Below, in pieces: positions 8,466 through 15,585 of a DNA stretch of 64,000 nucleotides. Each line of letters opens with the position of its first letter. Position 1 is the stretch's first letter. Location of the stretch: the IMG/VR virus record IMGVR_UViG_3300027826_000001. One strand, written 5' to 3'. The notes under the pieces are model-generated. The model did not search any database. It worked only from the letters and a program-made list of their open reading frames with translations, and had not been told where the DNA came from. The DNA comes from a virus. Both the position numbers and the translations under genes were made by a program.

Positions 8466-8879
8466 TTAACCCGGAATACGAAACACTTTACCGTCATAAA
8501 AAAAGAGGTATATGTGTCCGTTAACTATAACTTGATCCGTAACACCATCCGCCTGCTTTAGTGTCATATCTCCTAACTGATCGACGTTTACCGCACAAGC
8601 ATCACTACAACTAGTATGGGCTACTACTATTAACGGCATACCGAGTGTATAGGTTGATAATGCGTGACCATTGTTCGAAAAAGAACATGGAAATACGGTT
8701 GCACTATTTACTAATAAACATACATTCTCTCCCGTATGCACTTGGTCATGTGTTACCCAAATAACAGAGTTAGGAAACGGCTGTTGGATCTGGGTACGTG
8801 GGTTAATTTGATTCTGAGAGTATAATAGAGCCGATAAAAGTAAGAGTACAATACCTACGGGAGTAAGTACGTCTTTCAT
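8466..8879 (-). CDS. signal-anchored/secreted protein (137 aa)
   Basis: I prefer ATG 8879 (MKDVLTPVGIVLLLLSALLYSQ...), 4 nt after the stop at 8884. The ORF-track start 8933 overlaps the upstream gene. Confidence 0.65.
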   Translation of the reverse strand: MKDVLTPVGIVLLLLSALLYSQNQINPRTQIQQPFPNSVIWVTHDQVHTGENVCLLVNSATVFPCSFSNNGHALSTYTLGMPLIVVAHTSCSDACAVNVDQLGDMTLKQADGVTDQVIVNGHIYLFFYDGKVFRIPG

Positions 8880-8883
8880 ACTT

Positions 8884-9318
8884 TTAGAAAATATAAATCG
8901 CCTGAATCTGGTCACTAGCACTAGGAGCCACAATAAAAGTCACACTAGTAGACCCCACGGCATTAGTAAACTCGCTCGAAGACATTGCAAGACCATTTTT
9001 AAGCAACACAATACTCGACTTAGGGGTACTAGGAAGTGTACCTGTACTACCCGCCACTGTAACCGGCACACCAGCCGCAAAATTAACACTTGATACCGCT
9101 GCGGTCAGATTTCCTGACGTATCAATACTCAAATTACTGCCGATACCCACGAAAGACATATTTCCATTAGGCAAAACTGCGGCCAACTGACCCCCAGAGC
9201 TTGTACCCGGAGACAAAACCTGTGTCAACCAATTCAATTTATTAGCAACCGTAGCCCCAATAAGACCACTCGCCACAAGTAGAACAAAACTAAGTGCAAA
9301 AATAAAAACAGTCTTCAT
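8884..9318 (-). CDS. secreted S/T/G-rich protein (144 aa)
   Basis: Signal-like MKTVFIFALSFVLLVASG. Confidence 0.7.
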   Translation of the reverse strand: MKTVFIFALSFVLLVASGLIGATVANKLNWLTQVLSPGTSSGGQLAAVLPNGNMSFVGIGSNLSIDTSGNLTAAVSSVNFAAGVPVTVAGSTGTLPSTPKSSIVLLKNGLAMSSSEFTNAVGSTSVTFIVAPSASDQIQAIYIF

Positions 9319-9324
9319 TACTTA

Positions 9325-9564
9325 TTACTCCACTTTCATTATATACCTGGGTAACTTATCATACTGGCACGTTTCACCCGGTTTCGAAGACGGCCAACCC
9401 GCTATAGTCCACCTACCCGTTACCCATTTTTTACAATCCGGCATATCCTTCATACAGTCCGCGTAAGAAGGCCAACTGTAAGATCGCTTACACATGTCTT
9501 CCCATCGCACTTGTACATCATGTAACCAAAGATTGAAAACAACTAGTAGGCCAGAAAATATCAT
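9325..9564 (-). CDS. membrane-anchored Cys-rich protein (79 aa)
   Basis: N-terminal TM segment MIFSGLLVVFNLWL, then 5 Cys. Confidence 0.6.
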   Translation of the reverse strand: MIFSGLLVVFNLWLHDVQVRWEDMCKRSYSWPSYADCMKDMPDCKKWVTGRWTIAGWPSSKPGETCQYDKLPRYIMKVE

Positions 9565-9654
9565 ATACGGAAACGGAGAAGGTGTCCATTTGGTGCGACC
9601 TCACGACCGCCCTCTCCTACCCGTTTTTGGAGGTAAATACAGAATAACACAGGT

Positions 9655-9828
9655 CTAAGAAAAAGTCAAGTATTTTTTCTTAATACTTTCCAACCATTTA
9701 TCATACTTAGCGGTGTCAAAAGTACCGTCTAAAGTAATGAAAACAGGAGGTTTATTCTTAACCGGCGTCATGTCTGCGTTAAAACACCAATTATCCAAGT
9801 AGTAATTATAGAAAGAAAAGTCTTCCAT
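9655..9828 (-). CDS. hypothetical protein (57 aa)
   Basis: I prefer ATG 9828 (MEDFSFYNYY...), which shares one base with the upstream TAA (9830..9828). Confidence 0.55.
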   Translation of the reverse strand: MEDFSFYNYYLDNWCFNADMTPVKNKPPVFITLDGTFDTAKYDKWLESIKKKYLTFS

Positions 9829-10103
9829 TATCCGTAAAGAATATCGAAAGGATCTACCCACTTAGCCGGAACATCTTTACCCGTGGCCGGAATAACTTCG
9901 ATAAGAACGTTAAGAGGTTTCCAACCGTTAAATTTAATCTGCTGTGCTACAGTTTCCTCGGCAATTTGAAAGGAACTTGTACCACCAACATGAACACCCG
10001 AGGGAAGAGTTCCACCGTCAGTAGTTTTGATATTAACCACTTCGTAACCCTTCGCCCGAACCTGATCCAACATCGGTTTCAAATCTAGTACACTCAAAAG
10101 CAT
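9828..10103 (-). CDS. hypothetical protein (91 aa)
   Basis: ORF track. Start overlaps the GT2 stop at 10103. Confidence 0.7.
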   Translation of the reverse strand: MLLSVLDLKPMLDQVRAKGYEVVNIKTTDGGTLPSGVHVGGTSSFQIAEETVAQQIKFNGWKPLNVLIEVIPATGKDVPAKWVDPFDILYG

Positions 10104-10816
10104 TATCTCTGTTCTCCTGTTTCTATCATAACACCGTTCTCTGTACGTGTGGGTTCTAGTCCTGCTGGAAACACATAGTCTTGTACTGACAATACGTTAG
10201 GTATGATATGGTGGCTCTCGACCCTAGGTGCCCAATATACCGGAATCCCTAACTTCTTGCAACGGAAGCAAAAAGAATAATCCTCGGAAAGACCCGGTAT
10301 AATTTGAAAGGGTTTCTCGTTTAATTCGGCCATCATACGACGTAGGACAGATTTATCCACCAAGAGACAACCACCGGGCATAGGCCCTACAGATATGGCA
10401 TCTGCATTTCTATCCCACGCAGTAATGGGCCGTACTTTCAAACCTTTATCTGTCTCTTCCCACATATTTGCAACGGGAGCATGGGGCGGAAATTTATATT
10501 GATACGTACCGCTAATAACTTGCGCCTTATATTTCTTCTTTATCCTCATAAGACGCTCTAATAGGTCGGGGGCAAACACATGGTCAGTGTCCAGCATTAA
10601 AAGCCAGTCTCCCTGTACCTTCTCGACAATTTGATTACGCGCTAATTCATGCCAAGAAACGGTAGGAGTTTCATAGTGAATGTATTTGCCTTTAGGAAGT
10701 TTAGATTGTTCGTAGATAAGTAACTGGGCTAGAGAGTCTAGGAACTTTGATCCGACATTATCAGCCCACATACGGGAAATGGTGCCTGCTGCTCCGGTAG
10801 TATGTAGCTTACTCAC
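10103..10816 (-). CDS. family-2-like (GT-A) glycosyltransferase
   Basis: DxD motif in WLLMLDTDHVF. Also GGCLLV and EDYSFCFRCKKLGIPVY, typical of GT2. Confidence 0.75.
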   Translation of the reverse strand: MSKLHTTGAAGTISRMWADNVGSKFLDSLAQLLIYEQSKLPKGKYIHYETPTVSWHELARNQIVEKVQGDWLLMLDTDHVFAPDLLERLMRIKKKYKAQVISGTYQYKFPPHAPVANMWEETDKGLKVRPITAWDRNADAISVGPMPGGCLLVDKSVLRRMMAELNEKPFQIIPGLSEDYSFCFRCKKLGIPVYWAPRVESHHIIPNVLSVQDYVFPAGLEPTRTENGVMIETGEQR

Positions 10817-11510
10817 GATAGTAAACCTCCGTACTGGCTGTATCTCCGTGGTTCATAAGTTGCCGGAAACCGTTATAACCATACTTATCTTTCATAGTTT
10901 TTCGAAACTTGTCAATATCACCAAAGGCATAATGAACTTCCATAAAAACCATCCACGAACCTTTTAATATCTCGGGATAGTTTTTAATAAAGTCAAACTC
11001 TGCGCCTTCAATATCACATTTGATAATATCGTAGGACTGTTGGCCGATATTATTTAGGTCTATGTAATCTACTTTTATCTTTGGATACTTACTTTTAAGA
11101 GGAACTACTGAACATGTAGCATGGTTGGCACTTGCAGTAATATACGCTGAACCTTTCTTTTTGCCTATAAGTCCAAAGTATGGACGAATATTACCATCCC
11201 ACTTAGTCCTTTCAGTCAGGACATCATAGTTATCCGGGTTACCTTCCACGGAAAAGATCGTATATGGCTGTCCAAACTTCTTGCATCTATGGGCCGCGTA
11301 GAGACTAAAGTACCCGATATTAGCCCCTAAGTCCAATATCTTCGCGGTACGGGCCGGGTTTACTTTAGGGAAGATAGGATACTCGTTATTAACAAATATG
11401 TCACAAAATACCACTAAGTCATGTTCGTTTTTAACTTCCAAGGGTACTCCGGTATCTGTGACCCATTTGAAAGGTTTAAAAGTAGTGGGAACTTTTTCCA
11501 AGAAACTCAT
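10809..11510 (-). CDS. FkbM-type SAM-dependent methyltransferase
   Basis: AKILDLGANIGYFSLYAA SAM-binding motif. Length and layout fit the FkbM family. Confidence 0.75.
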   Translation of the reverse strand: MSFLEKVPTTFKPFKWVTDTGVPLEVKNEHDLVVFCDIFVNNEYPIFPKVNPARTAKILDLGANIGYFSLYAAHRCKKFGQPYTIFSVEGNPDNYDVLTERTKWDGNIRPYFGLIGKKKGSAYITASANHATCSVVPLKSKYPKIKVDYIDLNNIGQQSYDIIKCDIEGAEFDFIKNYPEILKGSWMVFMEVHYAFGDIDKFRKTMKDKYGYNGFRQLMNHGDTASTEVYYRE

Positions 11511-12580
11511 TACATGTCTTCCTTAATCCATATATCCCACTGATTTACTACTTTTTCCCAGTCAAACCTCTCTAACGCCCATTCCTGCATTTCCTTACGT
11601 GTCTTTTCATCCCGACAGTGAAAGGCTTGTTCCAAAGCATGTAACCAGTTAGTACGTACAAGTTCCGATTTCTGGGGTATTCCCTGTACCATCCAACCAT
11701 AATTAACATTCTCTCGTAAGGCCCATAAGTTATTGGTAACCGGCCATGCTCCTAAGGCTTGTGCTTCCATAGAAGTAATACACGAGGTTTCGGGAAAATC
11801 AGTAGGATGTGCCCAAATATTGGTTCCCCTCCAATATTCATAAATACGATGCTGATTTTGTCGGCCTACAAAATATACACCCGGTTGTTTAGCTAGTTGC
11901 TGTAATTCTATTTGATATTGATAACGCCAATCTCCAGTACCCGCAAGTTTAACAATAGCCTCCATATTATCAAACCCATACGCTACATAGATTTCAGCCT
12001 TGGGATTTATCTCCCGGATACGAAACCAGTTCTCAAGTATTAATTTAATACCTCTATCCGGTGAGGATGGGAAGAAAAGGCGATTATAGTTACGTTTAAC
12101 TTGTGACCGCAGTCTAATACTATTGGATCGTATACCATTCGAAGAAATATAAACTCGCCCACGTAGTTCGGGATACTTAGATTCGGTATAGTTCTTATGG
12201 TCTTTACACAGACATATGTACCTATCGACCTTAGCCAACCGTTCTTTAGTCCATAACCCTTCGTAATCAACATCTTGGGCTATAAACCACCATTTGGCCT
12301 TACTATGTTTGTCCAAATCGAACTTAATAGGGTCCCGGTACCAGATATATAGACCATTCTTGCTACTTACAGCCTCGTCTACATGTCGATAGGGAACTTT
12401 ATTATGCATAGAAGGCTTTTCGACCGGCGTATAGGACTTTATCTTATAACCCCTATTCGCAAGCCGGTAAGCCATCTCAATATGTGAAGTCTCCGACCCA
12501 CCGATACCCTTAGTCCAAGGATTACGCCAATCCCAAGGCTCAAGGGACATAGAAGATATAAAAAAAACGGGCTTAGTCAT
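11510..12580 (-). CDS. GT-B fold (GT1/GT4-like) glycosyltransferase
   Basis: C-terminal HPTDFPETSCITSMEAQALGAWPVT resembles the EX7E region of GT4 enzymes. Confidence 0.7.
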   Translation of the reverse strand: MTKPVFFISSMSLEPWDWRNPWTKGIGGSETSHIEMAYRLANRGYKIKSYTPVEKPSMHNKVPYRHVDEAVSSKNGLYIWYRDPIKFDLDKHSKAKWWFIAQDVDYEGLWTKERLAKVDRYICLCKDHKNYTESKYPELRGRVYISSNGIRSNSIRLRSQVKRNYNRLFFPSSPDRGIKLILENWFRIREINPKAEIYVAYGFDNMEAIVKLAGTGDWRYQYQIELQQLAKQPGVYFVGRQNQHRIYEYWRGTNIWAHPTDFPETSCITSMEAQALGAWPVTNNLWALRENVNYGWMVQGIPQKSELVRTNWLHALEQAFHCRDEKTRKEMQEWALERFDWEKVVNQWDIWIKEDM

Positions 12581-12590
12581 ACTCTAGGAA

Positions 12591-12619
12591 AGTATAACAT
12601 ACCCGTTCTTAAATGTCAA
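12591..12619 (-). promoter_or_regulatory. consensus sigma70-type promoter for the GT-MT-GT cassette
   Basis: Minus strand TTGACA (12619..12614), 17-nt spacer, TGt-TATACT (12599..12591). Only 10 nt separate the -10 from ATG 12580, so the mRNA is near-leaderless. Confidence 0.7.
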
Positions 12620-12626
12620 GTTGTAA

Positions 12627-13145
12627 TTATCGGGCCGAATAACGAACCAATACACCAACATAAATACCTGTCGCAGCCTGACCCGCAGCCGCCGAACCAG
12701 CCGAAAGGAACCCATAGTCAATACTAATCTGGTCACCCTGAGCAAAGGTATTGGAGTTCTGGTTAACAATCGCGCTTGTAACAGTACCCAAAGAAGTACC
12801 GCTGTTATTACTACGGCTACGGTTATTAGCCGCACTCGCAGCCGCCATAGTAATAGCCGGTTGAGTACTAAGAATACCAACCGAGTTGATACGGACGTTA
12901 GCATTTGCCGTACCGCTCACAAAACCGCTAGCCGAAACCGCCGTTTGTGCCAGTCCAACAAAAGCGTCAACAACACGTCCAGCCGCCTTAGCCTGAAACA
13001 AAGGAACCAACTGAGCCGACGTAGCGTTAGTAGCCGCCGAAGTCTCACTCGTCATTGGCGTGTAGAAAAACATCTGTTCGTCGTTCTGGATACCACCACC
13101 GCTAGAACCCGAATCATTAGAAAGAAGAATACGATCATTAGCCAT
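12627..13145 (-). CDS. capsid-adjacent S/T/A/N-rich protein (172 aa), paralog of 22737..23216; possible decoration protein
   Basis: Immediately downstream of the MCP gene. Long near-identical stretch with the 159-aa protein (…LAQTAVSASGFVSGTANANVRINSVGILSTQP…). Confidence 0.8.
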   Translation of the reverse strand: MANDRILLSNDSGSSGGGIQNDEQMFFYTPMTSETSAATNATSAQLVPLFQAKAAGRVVDAFVGLAQTAVSASGFVSGTANANVRINSVGILSTQPAITMAAASAANNRSRSNNSGTSLGTVTSAIVNQNSNTFAQGDQISIDYGFLSAGSAAAGQAATGIYVGVLVRYSAR

Positions 13146-13162
13146 GTATTAAAATTCCTTAA

Positions 13163-14152
13163 TTATCCGATAGACGAAACAGTATCCAATAGACGGAAAC
13201 GGTAATTTCCACCGATACCCGCAGGACCTTCAAGAACCACGCCGCAAAACACGAAGTTATACGACACAGCCGCACCAATCACGCCCTCAGGATCAGCAAT
13301 GGAAGGCTCACCCTTAACCACGTTAATCTTAAACCGCTGCTTGGTAGGATCGTTAATATCTGACGGACCCCGACCTTCCAGATCAACGCAACCAATACCG
13401 TTACGACCAAAGACATAACCACGATACTTATTAGGGCTACCCGCAGTCTTCAGAACGTTAGTACTCTCAACCAAACGGCAACCCGCGACATGGGTAACAA
13501 GACCCCTATCCTCATACTTCACCAACGGTTGCTTCTCGGGCTGTGTGTACTTAAAGATATCAGCCAAACCACCCGCTGCCGGATCGTTGACAATATCATA
13601 CGTACTAAAGGGGTGGAAAATAGCGAAAAACTCACCGTCTTCCATCGGCAAAACGTCATTAGCTTGCAACTGGGATCGAGAGTTACGCAGATCAGCCACA
13701 CGGGTAAAGGTACCCAGAAGAGACTGAGAGGCGTTAGAAAACTCCGCATCCAACACGTTACGGACAATAGTATCAACCGTTAGGCCAGCACTATATCCAA
13801 GCAACTCCGAAGCATTCTGCACGATAGGATCAATAGCCGTATCCTGCAAAAGGTCCGAAACGGTAATATAAGCTGTGTACTGGCTGACCGTTGCACCCAC
13901 AACATGCGAAGTCAGAGACAGCGAAGTACCAACCACACCTTCAGTAGTCGGAACCGTGTTTGCCCCAAAGTTAATATAACGAAAGAACTGGACGGTACGA
14001 CCAACCTGTTTCGGGATCATATCCTTCATGGTTGCGTCACGGAAAACAAACTTCTTTTGAAGCCGATCCAGACCCTTTTTTCTGTAATAAACGTTAGCAA
14101 GATGCGCTAAACCTGCACTAGAAGTTGTATTCCCTGCTGGTTGATATGCCAT
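13163..14152 (-). CDS. major capsid protein (HK97-fold type)
   Basis: 329 aa, following the scaffold-like gene downstream of terminase and portal. Sequence pattern is reminiscent of N4-gp56-type capsid proteins (from memory, not searched). Confidence 0.8.
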   Translation of the reverse strand: MAYQPAGNTTSSAGLAHLANVYYRKKGLDRLQKKFVFRDATMKDMIPKQVGRTVQFFRYINFGANTVPTTEGVVGTSLSLTSHVVGATVSQYTAYITVSDLLQDTAIDPIVQNASELLGYSAGLTVDTIVRNVLDAEFSNASQSLLGTFTRVADLRNSRSQLQANDVLPMEDGEFFAIFHPFSTYDIVNDPAAGGLADIFKYTQPEKQPLVKYEDRGLVTHVAGCRLVESTNVLKTAGSPNKYRGYVFGRNGIGCVDLEGRGPSDINDPTKQRFKINVVKGEPSIADPEGVIGAAVSYNFVFCGVVLEGPAGIGGNYRFRLLDTVSSIG

Positions 14153-14184
14153 GGATTAATTAAATTTCCTTAATTCCTAATACA

Positions 14185-14193
14185 AATATACCA
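14185..14193 (-). promoter_or_regulatory. extended -10 element upstream of the capsid gene
   Basis: Minus strand TGgTATATT. It shares the ATGGTAT core with the promoters at 26016-26024 and 55439-55447. No good -35. Confidence 0.4.
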
Positions 14194-14284
14194 TATTTCT
14201 AATAACAGACGGAGCTAAGTTGCTCATAACACTCAAAGCCCCATAAACCCGCTCGTTAAAGGTATAGTCTGTTAAAATCATTGA

Positions 14285-15205
14285 TTACCTGGGATAACGG
14301 GGAAGTTGACCAATGTCTTGAAGAACGTTCTCAAGTTGTTGAAGAGAAAGGTTTTCGGGGTCATTAATCGCGCCAAACTGGTTAGGATTATTACGACCTG
14401 GAGACGGAGGAGCTTGAAGATAGGGGTTTTGCGCCATACCTCTTTGAAGACCCATTCCACCATTAAATTGCTGCGGAGACATAGTTTGCGTAGGACGCTG
14501 AATATTAAATTGCTGTTGCTGAGGCTGATATTGTCCCTGGTCCTGGCCTTGAGCCGCCTGTGCCGCCTGCTGTTGCTGTGCCTGTTGAGCATAGAAGTTA
14601 GGAAGCAAACCCCGCTGCATAGCCACAAGGTATGAGGCTTCCAAACCATTATAATCATATGGCAGATTCAACTGTTGACGCAGATTATCAATAACTTGAG
14701 CCGCTGGACCACCACCTGGAAATTCAGGATGGTTCTCTTTAAATTGATAGGCCGCAATACTACGTTTAGTAAGTTCCGTTTCCGTAAGACTACGCTTTAG
14801 ATCGGCAACCGGGTCCTCTGACTTACCATCAAAGACTTCCGCATTAAGCCAGTAAGACAAGCCCTCACGCGGAGATTTGGTCATTTTTTCAATAAACTGG
14901 TTATCGTCCCAAGCCGGTTCATCACCACGTACATAAGAACCCTGATTATCGGGAACCGCAGTAGCTTGAGCCGTTGCCTTTGCCTGAAGCTCGTTAAAAG
15001 TGCTTCCTACCGTAGTGGCAAACTGATTAAGTGCCTGCTCCATTTCGGCCTTATTCTTATATGTAAACTGCTGACCGGCAATATTAATGCTAATCGGTTG
15101 CTGTTCGGGAGGGAGAGCGACTTGCTGTTGCTGTTGATTCTTTGCTAGTTGGTTAGCCACTAATTCTTGGACATAACCATCAAAATCTGTCGTTGGATCA
15201 ATCAT
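14285..15205 (-). CDS. scaffolding-like protein (306 aa), Q-rich
   Basis: Sits between the portal-side gene and the MCP. Helical, Q/E/A-rich, with long poly-Q-like tracts. Confidence 0.65.
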   Translation of the reverse strand: MIDPTTDFDGYVQELVANQLAKNQQQQQVALPPEQQPISINIAGQQFTYKNKAEMEQALNQFATTVGSTFNELQAKATAQATAVPDNQGSYVRGDEPAWDDNQFIEKMTKSPREGLSYWLNAEVFDGKSEDPVADLKRSLTETELTKRSIAAYQFKENHPEFPGGGPAAQVIDNLRQQLNLPYDYNGLEASYLVAMQRGLLPNFYAQQAQQQQAAQAAQGQDQGQYQPQQQQFNIQRPTQTMSPQQFNGGMGLQRGMAQNPYLQAPPSPGRNNPNQFGAINDPENLSLQQLENVLQDIGQLPRYPR

Positions 15206-15582
15206 AAATTATTGTCTCTATTCGTATTATACTCTAATTTACCTTCTACCATATCCTGTAGCTTGTTAAGTCGTAAGAACAATTCTTTAAGCTGGTTATT
15301 TGTAGCCGGTTGGATATCTAACTCAGGTTTACGGGGTCCCATTTCTTCAACAATTGAGGCAAATTCCTGGGGAGTATCCCTTAGTTCGACGTATACGGTA
15401 CGTAGGGCCTTCCAGTAGGGTAATATAGTCTTCTGCTGTTCGTCATTAGCTACATGTATCTTATCCGTAAGGTCATCAACCATAGCCTTTATTTTAGTAA
15501 GAAGTAGCTGATAAGCTGGATCTTGACCTAAAGAAGCCAGTAATTCTGCTTCCGAGGGATTAACTTTACTTTGAGTAATCAT
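15202..15582 (-). CDS. hypothetical head-module protein (126 aa)
   Basis: ORF track. ATGA overlap with the scaffold-like gene. Confidence 0.7.
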   Translation of the reverse strand: MITQSKVNPSEAELLASLGQDPAYQLLLTKIKAMVDDLTDKIHVANDEQQKTILPYWKALRTVYVELRDTPQEFASIVEEMGPRKPELDIQPATNNQLKELFLRLNKLQDMVEGKLEYNTNRDNNL

Positions 15583-15585
15583 AAA

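Noticed and set aside
9565-9654. tRNA-like or ncRNA in the 90-bp gap
   Set aside because: I could not fold a cloverleaf and there is no T-loop consensus. On the minus strand it forms a GGAGAGGG...CCUUCUCC hairpin with a weak U-tract, so it is at most an attenuator. The evidence is too weak to annotate.
12584-12904. 106-aa minus-strand ORF overlapping the capsid-adjacent gene
   Set aside because: It is an alternative frame of 12627..13145 with L/R/V-only composition, and its 3' end overlaps the mapped promoter.
14177-14281. 34-codon minus ORF between the scaffold-like and capsid genes
   Set aside because: It is short, has no RBS, and contains the extended -10 element for the capsid gene. It is more likely regulatory DNA.
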